This document shows, one piece after another, positions 42,597-55,928 of a stretch of DNA of 64,000 bases. Origin of the DNA: Tubiluchus corallicola (lineage: Eukaryota; Animalia; Priapulida); contig JAQGDQ010000317.1 in assembly GCA_030141605.1 (NCBI GenBank), forward strand, positions 124,001-188,000. The letters are read 5' to 3'. The notes beneath the pieces were generated by a model, which worked only from the letters and a program-made list of their open reading frames with translations, searched no databases and had not been told where the DNA came from. Positions within the stretch are counted from its first letter, which is position 1, and each line of letters begins with the position of its first letter. The position numbers and the translations under genes were made by a program.

Positions 42597-43577
42597 CTGT
42601 AATGGTGGACCGAGCCGATCGGTGATCGGTGACCCAAACAGTAGATCGGTGAACAAGTCGCTTCGGTTTAGTAAACTGTTGAGCTTATTAGGCCATAAAA
42701 ATTGTTGAATTTATAAGAAAATGTAAAAATAAAACGTTTAAATCTTACAGTAAATTTTGAAATGTTTAACGAATTGTTACTGCAAAATTGCCCACTTGAG
42801 GCGACCATATTTCATGCAGTTGCCTTCCCAATGAGATCCCATGCTAAAAGGGCACCATCGAAACACACAGCAAATTAAGCATTTTAGTCCCGCTGCCGAG
42901 TTTTGATCATTCAAACTGTTGTTACGCTACTTGTTGCATCATGCTCAGTCTTGCTAAGTTTTCATCGAGTTCAGTGCGTGCTAATGTTCTGTGAAGACTG
43001 TAAAGTTGAATTAACTTTCATTAATTTTTTTATGAATCTGTTAACAATATGGGTTTGAATTGTGTTTGCTTTAATTTTTTGAAGCACTTTCACATTACTT
43101 GTTCATTCTTTTGCAGTTTTTCTATCTGTGTTGATGTAATCTCATTAGGCAGTACTTATCTAATTTGTGTAGAGCCTGGATTAGATTCATTTTTTTAGAC
43201 TTTATCATGGGTTTATTATTAGCCCATCTGACATATCTGAGCGGGCTCGGCCCAAGCGTTGCTCAACATCAGTAGTATTGGATTTTTTCATGATTATGGA
43301 AACGATGAAACTAATGCTATATGTAAACTATGCAAAACAGTCAAATCTCGTGGAGGCAAAAATCTGCAAACTTTTTCTACCACACTTCTGTTAAGACATT
43401 TAAGCATTAGAGCTCTGTAGGTGATATTTTTTGACATATAAAATTAAGCAATAACTGATAAGACAACTCAGTTTGAAAATATTTTTTATATTTGTGATCA
43501 GTCGGTATTTGTGAACATTAAAGTTGATCGGCTCGTGATCGGTTCGTTATCCAGAAATGGTGATCGGCCCATTACTA
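42597..43577 (+). mobile_element. Internally deleted hAT transposon with a BED zinc-finger remnant
   Basis: GATCGG subterminal repeats at both ends and a right terminus gatcggcccattacta. About 43268-43405 encodes SVVLDFF (frameshift) DETNAICKLCKTVKSRGGKNLQTFSTTLLLRHL, matching a hAT transposase BED finger. Confidence 0.75.
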
Positions 43578-44051
43578 ATACACTGTAGAATTTTTGAACC
43601 TGGCGAAATTGTTGAGCAGTGTTTTTATAAGTAATCTTAGAACTTTATTGTTGGTGTTCTACGTCAACGGAGTTTTGGTGCTAATTCTGTACCATTTATT
43701 TCTAAATATTTAAGCATTAGTGCCTTAAAGAAGGCACATGCATACAAGGGCGGAGAAATTGAAAAGCTAAGTGCTACTTCAAGTGTTTCAAAAATGCTTT
43801 CTGATTTTGTCTGTATTACTTGGTAAATTGAATGATCTAGTTAAAAATTGTTTTTTTTTCATATAACCTGTTGTGTGACACTCTTTTACATATTGCAGAT
43901 AGTATTGTGTGCACAAACTAGATGAATTGTCTACTACATGTGGATTCTACTGTGTGAAGCAGTGACGTATTCCACAATTTTTAAAATGGAAAACACATGA
44001 AGAATGTGAAGAGCCATTTAAATTGTTATTGAATTGTAACTATCATCAACA

Positions 44052-47000
44052 ATGGATGGTGGATCAGCAGAAATTCGGCTACGAAAGTTGGAAAATCTGT
44101 GGTTGTCTGGACCTCAGAACAGTGACGGAAATTCACTAAGCATTGAGACTTTGCTGGATGTTCTTGTGGTGTTATATGACGAGTGTTGCGGATCTACTTT
44201 GCGCCGGGAAAAGAGTGTTTCGGAGTTTGTAGAATATGGTAAGTGAAATACAGTTTCATAGACCTGTAATTATGCCAACTTGGTTCATAATTGTGGAACT
44301 GATACATTTTTTGTTATCACATTAAATTAGCCTCTTGTCACATTTTAAGACGAAGTGGAAAAAGAATTAAATTTGAGAAAAAAATTTAAATATTTAAAAT
44401 TTAATCGTTTAAATCAGCTAACCTAAAAAGGCCAGAAAGATTTGTGGACGTGTGGATATATATATATATATGTATGTATGTATGTAAACACATAGTTAGC
44501 ATTTTACACCTGTAATAGTGTGATAATATTTCTTGATTTAACCATCTCAATAGAAAAATTAGGAAGTGCACCAAAAATATTTTCTTCATCAAATCGTTGA
44601 ACCATTAAGCGTGGTTTATTTTTTCATGTCCATCCCTTGACTTGGTTGCAGTATACCAGTTTTCTTCTTGTCGCACCAATCACTCAAATTTAATGCCTTT
44701 GCAAGTAACAAAAGCTCTAATATTTAAGTACCGGTATAATAATTCTAATATTATATGAGTCATCTTTTGTATGCACGGTGTGTTTGTTGCTAGGGACAAA
44801 GTGCAACTTTGTTGATTGGGCTTATTTACTTGGCTTTATTGTATTGAGTGTTTGAGTAATATGTATGGCCCAGATATTGTAATTTAGTAATACTTGCTCA
44901 GGAACATGCACAAAATACATACATATCATACAGAAAAAGCAAGTGATTGCTGTGAAATAGATGTGAAGTTAGATTGACTTGAAACTAGAATCAAAATCTA
45001 AAAATAACTGGACCAACCTTCCATCTGCAGATGATCTTGCTGTTGTCAAATCTATTTTTTTTTGCTTTCAGACCTAAATATGCTGTGTAGTATGATTTTC
45101 TAATTTCTAAAGTGCTCCTGAACGTTCTAACATTTCTATCTTCTATGGTAGCACTAGATATGGTAAACTGCAATATATGTAATTAATAGTAAAATTGCAA
45201 AAAAATTTTCACTTCACAAGTTTTAAATATATTCTGTCATTAATACAGCCTACGTGATTTTAAAATTTTACTATTTTAAAGATACTTAAGATACTGATGC
45301 TGCAGCATGTTCACTTCCATCTGCTTCTTTTTTTGTTTGTTTTGTGTTTGCTCTAGTCAGAAAAACTTACCATGGCATTAACACTAATCTGTCCATAAAA
45401 ATTCTCGAAAGTTTTGGAATGCGGGTACTAAAGGTCAGATGTCAAATCATTGTGGTTGTGGTTTTCATAATGTAGCAGATATACCTAATTTGGTATTGGT
45501 GTATAATTCAAATTTAGATCATTCCACATCAGCTTGACCAGTATAGTACAAAAAGTTGTCAGATGATCGTCAAGTTTGGTGTGCTTTGCAGCGTTGGTGT
45601 AACTTGTATTTGCTTTTGTTGATTTTACATCAAAAATCTGGATGACCACCCGGTACCCATTGATTAAGTTGACAGCTTGACACAGAGTAACTCGATTTTG
45701 AAAGTTTCTGCCTTTCATTAATTTTGGATTGTGCAAGTTAAAGGTCATAGTCAGGATGCACATGTTTTTTTTTTGTGAAGACTGCTTGTGTCTATTGTAG
45801 GAGAAAAATGACTGCTCGTTTTTCAAAATATGAATGAGACAGATATTTTTTTTAAATATGAATGATTAATTTCTAGTGTTACATTAAATTAAAAATTGGA
45901 GATCAAACAGAGAAAATTAAAAATCAATTGAAAAAAATTGTTAAAAAAATCATTGCTGCTCGTGTACCTATCCTGTTTTGTGTATGTGCAGTCCAAATTT
46001 CAGACTTTCACAGGACTGAAACATTTCAATTTGCTAAAGCCTTCTGCTTAGGTGTGGTACTGTGTGCGCTATGTGTCATATACACAACATTTTAAATTAA
46101 ATCTAATTTAAAAAATTCCATTTTTTTCTTGCTTCAAAACTCCTGATTACAAGACATTATTTACGGATAAAGGCATCGGATTTGTGTGTCAAATATTCTT
46201 GGTTTTAATCTTAGTTTACTTCCAGTTGGTTTTTCTAATTTTCTTTTCACAACTAAATTCGAGAGTGCAATATCTGTTTTAAGTTCCAGTCTAGACTTTA
46301 GTCAATAATTTTAAACAAAGATGGACATCGAATCTCTATAGAACTATGTTTACGTTGACAGCTTCATTCGCAGTTCAGCCTGGGGCCATGATTGCTCAGA
46401 CTGTAATTATATCAGAGCCCTAATGAGTTGTTGGATGAGATAATGACGGTGTCTTACCAACAGCTTTGACAGCTATTGGATACAGTAGACCACTGTTTGG
46501 GACAACTCAACCTAGATTTAAAACACAAGCACGAATTGTACTTTCTGCTTTGATTTTTCCGTTTAAATCACATACGGATAATATATGGGCAAACAAGTAC
46601 TTTAAACATTTTAATTGGTCATTGATTTTCTATAGTCTATACATTTTGGTAGTTTGAGCTTTGTTTTAATGTATCATACTGTGGTTATGTGATGATTTGT
46701 GAATCGATAACATTGTACATCCCATAATACATGGCTAGTATTTAAGCTTGTGTTTTTAGGTAACGTGGTCGAAATGTGGTTAAAACAACCTCTGGTTTTT
46801 ACCAGGAAATGGCCTTTGTTACAGGCGCTCCTTATTGTTAGCGGATATGGGAAAGCAAATTTATAAATACACCTTTTTTAGATGTCTTTATACATGTGGC
46901 TATCACTTTGCTTTGTGTACCTAGTAGAAACTGTTGAAGTGTAGTAGGATATTAGAAAGCTAGGCCTAATGAGTTTAATCGTGGGCTGAAAATTCCTAGA

Positions 47001-50000
47001 TTTTTTTGTTTCACTAGTTTTTATTAGTGTGCAGTAGTAGTTGTGTAGGCCCACAATGTGTAATTAAATACTACAGTTAAATACCATAATTTAACGTGAA
47101 ATCGTGAATTTCGAAGCCTTAAAATTTCGCATTTTTTCAGAAGTAACAGTTAGATAAATACTCTGGGCTTAGAGCTAATAATTATTTGAGCCTAGCTGGC
47201 AGCCTACTAGGTATAAAAAACTAGCTGGAGTTGTTCTCTCATCAGTTTTGTTTATTTGTGATGGTGGTTATAGTTCGTTTTTGGGCGATTCATTAGAAGT
47301 TCTAGACGTTGCTTGTTTACACGAATGTGTGGTATACTAGTAATTATACGTATTTGGATCAATTTATACTTCCTCATAGAGGTTCATACAGGTGAAATTT
47401 AATCTAGAATCCCGCACAACAATGTGTTTTGTAACAAAAACAGCGGAACATTGCGAGTTGTTGACGTTCCGGATTTGCGCGAGACGACCCGACCGACATG
47501 TCCGAAATTGTATCGGATTTAGTTGTCAAGGATAAATCTGGAAGTGCGGAGAAAGAGAGAGAGAGCGTATTGACTTTCCTTACTGTACCTTGAGGGCGAG
47601 GTTCACTGAACCGACTGTATTATAACCACTTTCGATTTCAATCTCGTTTCACAATTTAACTGGAGGTGTGCGGCGGGTGCAGGGGGTCAATTTTGAACAT
47701 TGGTTTTGAGTTGATAAATTTACCCTATAAAGGGATAGTGTAAAATTGCCCTTTTCTCCCAGTTATTTGAGACGTTTACCTGTTAGAATCTGGTCCAGAA
47801 TGTTTAGTCACTTCAATACTTACAATGTAAGGCTGTGTGAGGTTTGGTCAAGCCTTAAGACGGGTCAACGGCTCGAAAAAGCTGTAGAAATATTACAGTT
47901 AACGAGTTACGGTGACTATAAACAAATTTCAGTGGTGATCATAACCACTTGCAGAGAATTGTTGAAGTGCTTTCAGGAAACTTGCAACTTGGGAGATATT
48001 TTTGACTGAAGTTAAAGTTCTAGTGGTTCACTTGGTGGTTAAAACAAGAAAGCATCTAGAACTTTGAGTTGAACCACGAAAATGATTTTATTTGCATTTA
48101 TTTACTTTACACTTTGCGCAATTTTTTACTGTTGCTGTCATACTTCTTAATTTGTGGGTAAAGCAGAACTCAGCAGCAAGCAGAATAACTAGTGTAGCTA
48201 TTATAGCGTGTGGCTAAAAACGTATTTTATTATATATATTCTCTGTAATTGTATTTATTATGTTTGTTAATTCACTGAGTTTTGTTGCATTAAATAACAG
48301 GGCTTAATTAATACATTTTTAACAAGGTATGTAAGCTGGTAACGTATATCAAAAGTATCGAGTTATTAGGATTACTAGATCGAGTGATGACTTTTTGTAA
48401 TTCAGCTTGACACCAAGGCGGTTAAGGAATTGATCATTACGAGATTATTCAGCAGTTGTTCGAATTTGAATCTATCCGAAATTTAATGTTTTAGTAGGCT
48501 TGTTATGGCTATAAGCTAATTGGAACAATTACTCAGTTATTTTCTGCCAAGTGCAAATTTAGACTGATAAACGAATAGTTATTTACCGTACAGACTACAC
48601 TAACTTTACTGTAGTGTGGCCGCAGAGCAAGAACATTCGGTTTTTTGGGCCAATGTAAAACTTTAAGAATTGAGCTCTTATCTTTATATATGTGCTTTTA
48701 CATTGTTAGATTGTTTGCAGTGCGATTAATATTGTAGTTAATTGGTTACATTCTCTGTTCACGCTGGATGAGTGCAATGTTTTAAACGCAATTTAATATG
48801 TCCAGCCTCTAAAGCTTGATTCGCTGCCTGAAAACTAGCACAATTTTGTTCTAAATAAGAACTTGGGGAGTTTGGGCTGTACGTGTAAACACATGACAAA
48901 TGTTGACGAAGTTAGCGCCTCCTGCGACCATAAAATAAATACGCGTGTCACGTGACCGCAAATACACACAACTGGCGAGCAGACTATCTTAGAGACAAGA
49001 AGATTAAAATCGATCATCCCATCTGTCAGAAATTGACATGAAAGCATTTTTGCCAGCAAAGTTAGAAATCACCAACGGGAGGAAATCCATCACTCAAATT
49101 CATTTTTATGCTGAAATTAGTGGACAGATAAAACACTACAGGCCACGGAAATATTTACATAATTTTATTGGCGAATTTATGTCGTAAAGGGGATGTTTAC
49201 AAACTAGCCTGGACCACATGCGACGTTGAAAACGCGTCATGCCTCTATAAATTTTATAGAACTTTGTTGTCATTAATTAGAAGAACTGGGATCAAATCTT
49301 AGTTGTCAACAAAAGAAGCCTGTCGCCATCATGTCTGGTGTAGACGTCGGTTTATATTAACTGTGATGTGTTAGCTGAGTAATATGGCGCTCAGCCTCTT
49401 TGTTGCAATGATTCGATTTGTTTGGTTAAACAGCAGACCTATTGGAAACGGTTTGATCACCACAGGAGGATTGATATTTGCCGTTATAATCAAATGTAAT
49501 AGCGTTCGAGGTCGATTTCGCATTCTGAACTAATTGGTTTTCATACTAAAACTTCATAGGATGGGTTGGCACTGTTCTTATTCAATCCATGATACTAGTT
49601 TTTATCAAGAAAATTTTTTAATATTGACGTAAGTCATGAATGTGAACTCTAGCGAGTAAATAGATAATAATTTTTTTGTATCAATGAATGGCAATACCAG
49701 CCGTTTCTGTCATATACTTTTCATGATATCATGGCTTTTCAACCCTTTTTAGCTCTGGACAGTCCGACAGTGTGTGTTACTCCATAAACTCGGCAAACCC
49801 TTGAATGCGGTGTTTAGAAAGCTTCATCATTTTCGAACAGAAATGCACAGCTGAAAAGTGCGACTATTAAATGGTTGCTAGATGACTTGCTCATTGTAAA
49901 TTTACTAGCAAATTTTAATTTGTTGCGTAACTGTAATTACATTCGTCTTCCATGTACGTTTTATTTAAAGCCTTACACGTGTCCCCTTACACGCACTTAT

Positions 50001-53000
50001 CAGCATATGTGTATTATGTTATATGTGATGTTTTATAGAATTCAAAAGATGAATTATTAATACGCTTGTTGGAAATTGTTAAACAGTGTACATTCAAAAG
50101 CAAAATGTCTTTTCGAAGATATAAGGATCAGTATGATCCAATTTCTCAACGTCAGCGGAATCAGTTTTGTCGAGAATTAATTAGTCCCCAGTTGATGTCA
50201 TATAAGAATGAATAGCATGAATAGTGCTGTTCATCTGATAGTCAACTGTTCAGCTGATATTCAACTGTTACCGGATATTTTCTTGACGCCAGACCGTCTT
50301 CTATATACGCTTCTATACATCTTCTGAAAGATAGCCTGATGATCTGACCTTCATCTTTCAGTCAGAAATATCAGCTAATCTTTGGTCTTAACTGTAAGGT
50401 TAATTTGTAAAATTCATAGCTAGGTGTAAATACCAGTAAAGCAATGTATAACAAAAGAGATGTCTCTATATTTTGCTAAAAATAGATGCAAAGCATTAAA
50501 TTAACTACTGGCAATACTGGTACACTGGTACACTTCTTCTAATCTTATGTAATGAAGTAGGAAATTTTTTTATCGTCGACTAGTTATTAATAAGCAATTT
50601 TCGCCATGTTAAATTCACGGTTTTTTCAGTTTGATCTATTTCATTCCTCTTCACTAATAGACAGTCTAGAAGCAATGAGCCTCTTAAATACTGTGTGGCT
50701 GCTTGGTGAAGCCAGCGTAACGGTCTGTTGAAACAAACAAACCGTGTTTTCGGTTGTCAAGCACAAATATTTTGCATATAAACGAATCGTGTTGAGTGAA
50801 CATTTCTATTGTGGGCTTTGATAGTTGCTATTTTGGAGCGGTCTGAGGTCAGTGGCTCACCGTAAATAAATTGTTTCGCCTGTGTTGGTTTCTTTGAACT
50901 TGAGCAAACTAAAGAAGTTATTAAGCTTAAATTAAGATCGATGACGATCACAATGGCTTGGTAGTCCAGTAGCAGCGTTTTTGAATGTGTAATGAAAGAT
51001 TCTTGGTTCAGATCCGGTTCAGTCCCGACTTTTCACATTTGCGTTCATCTAAATTTGGTTTCAAAAATTTTTTGGTTGTGAGTTCATTTCATCAGTAACT
51101 ATTATGGTGAAATTATGATTTTATTATATAAGCTCATTTGAAGTTTCTTGAGAATTTAAGTTCAAGGTGCTGCAAGTAAATTTTGTCGTGTTTATTACTT
51201 TTTAAGTAAGGCTTGTATGAATTCTGCTGCAGCAATTTTTTTGCATTCTGCTTAGTTGGATGTAGTGCTTAGTTTACGCCTGTTCAAAAATTATAAACAG
51301 AACTATCTTTCTATAAAAAGTTCACAAATATTTGATAAAGAACAAAGTACTTTACTTTGAACGCATTACGTAATTCATAAAAAAGTTGTTCATTTTTATT
51401 TTTCACAATGTCCTTTGATATTTAATTTTATTTTGTAGTGGGAAGTTCTCTTCAAATGTTTCTTTCTTTGTCGAGTCAGTTTCACCAAGGTTTATCGTTT
51501 CATCACTCTTGCTTAAAAGATGAACTTGTTTGGCTTCATCTGTTAGCGCGCGGTTTTCATTCACAGCTGCGGAGCATACCACTGAGGCATGGGGGTGCAT
51601 GCAGATTGCGGGAGTGTGTTCTTCCAACTTCTTTGTCTCTAAGTATCTCTATAACCTTATCTTAGTATTACTGTTTGATTGGGTATTATGACATTGCATT
51701 TGGTTCTGAATTTAAAATTCTTTTTCCTGTACATTTTTCTGTATGTTCATAATTTTTTATTGATTCTGTGCAGATAGTTTTTTAGAATCATCGTCAATTC
51801 TCACCATTACTGCCTTTATCCTGATGACGTTGTAGAAGATGACTGTGTGTTTATATGCTAAACTAAAGTAATTATACAAAAACTACTTAAAGAAACAAAC
51901 TTATTCGAGATTTTTTATCAGACTTAAATTTTACAAGTGTTTATCAGGAGAGACAAGTCTTTCTTCTTGATCTAAATTGTAAATAAATCATATTTAAATA
52001 GTTTTCCTGACCAGTTTATAAATGTGTTTTTGTTTTTTCAATCAGTTTCTGCAACGTTACTTCAGAGTCTGGAGTTAGAATCTTTAACTGTTCTTTAACC
52101 AAAGGAAAGGGAAGTAGAGAAAAACAGTAACAATTTTAATGGTGTGCAAAATAAAGTCGTTGAACGCGGGCTCGCAGCGTGTTTTGCTATAATTGATTAC
52201 TATATTGGAGACTTAAGTTCGGGCTGAGCGCATTTTTCTACTTTACTAATTAGAGAAGCTGCAGTGCAGAAAGAGGACCGTGTAACATGGCTTCACCACG
52301 ATAAACAGGGGACGGAAATGCCTGTTCGTCGTTTCTGGCATTCCGAGCGTTCCGAGATTATGGAGGAATTTCCTCGCCCGAGACTTATCGAGTACGAAAT
52401 AGGTTAATAACACCAGACGAGGCGTTTAACCGCTAGGCTACTGGGCTTCAATTTGGCAAGCCATCTGTTATACATTCAAGCAGCTTGGTGCTTAATCGGC
52501 AAATAATGAACCGTAAAATGTTTTGCTCCCTCTACTGCGGCTATTTTCATTGGTTTTGTGTGGCTTGAGCTTCAACGCCGAGGCCTGAAGTCATAAAAGA
52601 ACATATCAACATCTGTTAGGGCTCTAAGCGTGCTGGCGTATTACATACACGATATGAAAATTAAATGTAGCTGTGATCAGGTTTCAACGTTCTGAAGAGA
52701 TTTCGACTTTCTCGTGGGAAGGTACAAAGATCCAAGATGCTTAAAAGTTACAATCAGTTAAATTGCATTAAGATAATTAGGAAATAATAAAGCGCTACTG
52801 TTTCATGAAAAATATTATTCATTAGGGATGCATTGTAGGGACTAGTGAGATCATGTGGCCTATCCCGGGTACTCTAAGCACTAGTTTGATGGACTTGGAG
52901 CTTTTACAGCAGTAGCAAGCTTATAATTTAATATTAGAACAGCTAATAATAGAACAGCTAACAAAATAATCTTTAACAACGAATGCAAGCTTTATTTTAT

Positions 53001-55928
53001 AAAAATTACGTGTATTAGTAAAATTCGCCTAAGCTTCAAGCTCTTAGCTCCTTGGTTCTTTATTAAAAGCCAGAATGTTAAGTCTTTTGGATAAAAAGTG
53101 CCAAGTAATGGGGCCTGTAAAAATAAAAAGATGGGATTTTAAAATTTCGAGAAGCTATTGAATACATCAGTTACGTCTATTATGAAATATACATGCCAAA
53201 TTTAGTGTTACGAAAAGTAATATTTAATCACTAGCCAGCAGTAGCCACTGGCTATTCTATCGCAATCTGCCCTCCACAATTTAGAACACCTGTTTTGTGC
53301 TTTAAAACATCTGGTGAATATCAGAAATAGCACCAAATGTTTTTAGTTTTTTTTGAAAACGTGATACTAACAGTGATATTCTTCTTTTTTCCAATGTTTC
53401 TTCTTTCTGTTTTTCTTTTGCTTACATCTTTTATTTAGTTTATCTGTAGGCATTGGAAGCTAAGTTATGGAAGAAATAAGTGTAGTTTGTGAGAGTTGGA
53501 TGGCTCATTGTTGTACAGACACATTAAATAGCTTAGTGACTGTTTACTAGTACTTTCAATTATCGCTATTTGTTTTTTCGGAACATGTGCATTAGGTGTG
53601 AAAAGGGTGGGTTTAAAATTTGGCTGACACTAGAAAGCATCTGCCACAGAGATTCATCCGAGAGCCTATATGACTACAGAGAGCTCCACAGGAACCGAGA
53701 CCACTACCAAGAGCACCACAGGAAACGTTTAATCAAGCTAATGCTGTAGATACAGGCAGCAGCCCTTCATGACCTTTTGAACAATGCATTTATATTATAT
53801 AGATCTATTTATAAAAGTGGTTGTTTAACTTCATGCTATCAATGTATATGTTGACTGATGGATAGTTTTTTCGTGAATAGTGATATTTTTCATATTGTTT
53901 TACAGCTAAACCTATTGTAGCTTCTGTCAAGCAACTGCGATTATGTAGAGAAGACTTTGAGGTGCTGAAAGTCATTGGGCGAGGAGCATTTGGAGAGGTA
54001 CGTGTATAACCTTTTTCAGTTCTAATATCTGTGTCATTAAGAATAATTGTACTTTCAAGACTACACTGTATCTAGTTTTATTGCAATATGTCTAGTACAT
54101 CAGTGACTAAAAATGTCCATCAGTGGTCGTAATTTTGATTGATCACATCATTATTACCGTGATATTCTGTGTCATCTTAGTTAACTGATCTTGTTTGCTG
54201 GAACATGTTCTGTACATTTGGAACTCTGTATTTTCGAAATGTTCAGTTCATAAATCGCTAATAAAATTTCGGTGTCTCACCGTAGAGGCATATCTTTATT
54301 AGTGATCCAGGTTCTGACATTATCACAACCAATCACATCAAGCAGTTTCTACCATGGAATACTGGGTTCTATCTGAATACTGAATTATTTAAAAGATTGT
54401 GAAGTGCATACATGTATATAATAGTGCGTATGATGCATATATGTATATACATTGGCACATAACTTTGATAAATTTGATATACATCAATGTGGAGTTAAAA
54501 TACATCTGTCATGTAAACTTTGAAAATCGTTCAGAAAATTGCTTAAATAACAATTGGAGTCTATGAATCTAATGGATCTAAACATTTCGGAGTCCGTAAT
54601 GAGATTAATGACCATTATTGGCTTCTTTTCATCCTTTCTGGGAAAGGAGATAATGGAGTTCAAAATATTTGTTAATCAGTCTTTTTATTATATAAAATTT
54701 ATTATGCATATAGATCAATTAAATTGCATTGTGTGCCAAATAAACTGTTAAATTGTTAATGTAATTACAGTTAGTTAATTAGCATTTTGCAAACGGCGAA
54801 AAAAGTCTGTACATTGTGACAGTTACAAAAGTAATCGTGTAAGGGAAAATAAACAAAATAAGTCTGTTCTTGGTGAAATCTTAAAATCATTTTGTAAACA
54901 ATGAGCAATGAAAGCAAATAATTTTCTTGGGAAAGTAGAATAACTAATTGTGTACACGTATATCAAGTTACGTACTTTGGCTGCACTTAAAATACGTTTC
55001 AGAAGGTGAGAGTACCAAGATTACTCGAATTCTTTATTTTATTAACCTCAAGTGCTAATGAGGCAAGCCTCAACAGAAGATTAAACGAAGCAGTCAAATT
55101 GCGAATTTCACTTCAGATTTTATAGACTTTTAATACAAATAGAATAAAAAATTAATAATATGTTTAATTCTAAGCGTCAGTGTCATAAATTTCGTTGCCT
55201 AATATTTTACTTTACAAGTTCTTTACCTCAAAATTCCATTGTACTCTCACTTGCATAAGCATATCTATTTCACTGAAAATGTATGGAAACTGAATATGGT
55301 TTGAATCGTAGCCTTTTGTGCTATTTGTGCACTAGATGTTATAAATAATAATTGAGAAATTTTTATGTAGTGTGAGACTAATTCTTTTATGCACGCTTTT
55401 CTAACGTTGGGTATTCATCGATCATTTTTTGGTGTTCATCAGTTTACATGTTTTATAGCAGGTTACAATCACCTTTTCAGCTAATGGAGTTTTAAAAATT
55501 GGAAAATAATTACTCATTTCAATTAAGATTGCATTTTGCTTTGTAAAGCTAGCTCAACCATCTGGTATGCTTTTAAATCAATTAATTTTGTGCAATTTGT
55601 ACAGTGAGGACACCTGTGTAGTGTGTACTTTTAAAATTTCCCGTGAAAAATGATCCAAGATATCCAAGATCAAGTTAAACAATGCTTGAAATGTGTACAT
55701 AATAAATTTTTTCATATTGTTTTATTTTTGTTATTTACATGATATCATTGTGTTTGTAGTGGTTATTTTTTCTCATTATTATGTCTTGCTATTAGACAAT
55801 TTTTTGCTTTAATTACTGTATTGTTTTTTAAATTTATTTGCCAGGTGGCAGTAGTGAAGCAGAAGGTTACTGGCAAGGTTTATGCAATGAAAATACTAAA
55901 CAAATGGGAAATGCTAAAGCGAGCAGAG
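44052..55928 (+). CDS. CDC42BPA: Serine/threonine kinase MRCK (CDC42BP / Genghis khan), first three coding exons; the gene continues beyond the window
   Basis: Exons 44052-44238 ([14 protein letters not shown]...[33 protein letters not shown]), 53906-53997 ([31 protein letters not shown]) and 55845-55928 ([28 protein letters not shown]). GT-AG and phase-consistent. The N-terminus and [11 protein letters not shown] are diagnostic for MRCK; the symbol is the nearest human name for the invertebrate family member. The expected next exon (TACF.EERDV) was not seen in the window. Confidence 0.93.

Noticed and set aside
50953-51030. tRNA-like segment with A/B-box-like motifs (tagtccagtag, ggttcagatcc)
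   Set aside because: No convincing cloverleaf; at most a decayed SINE head.
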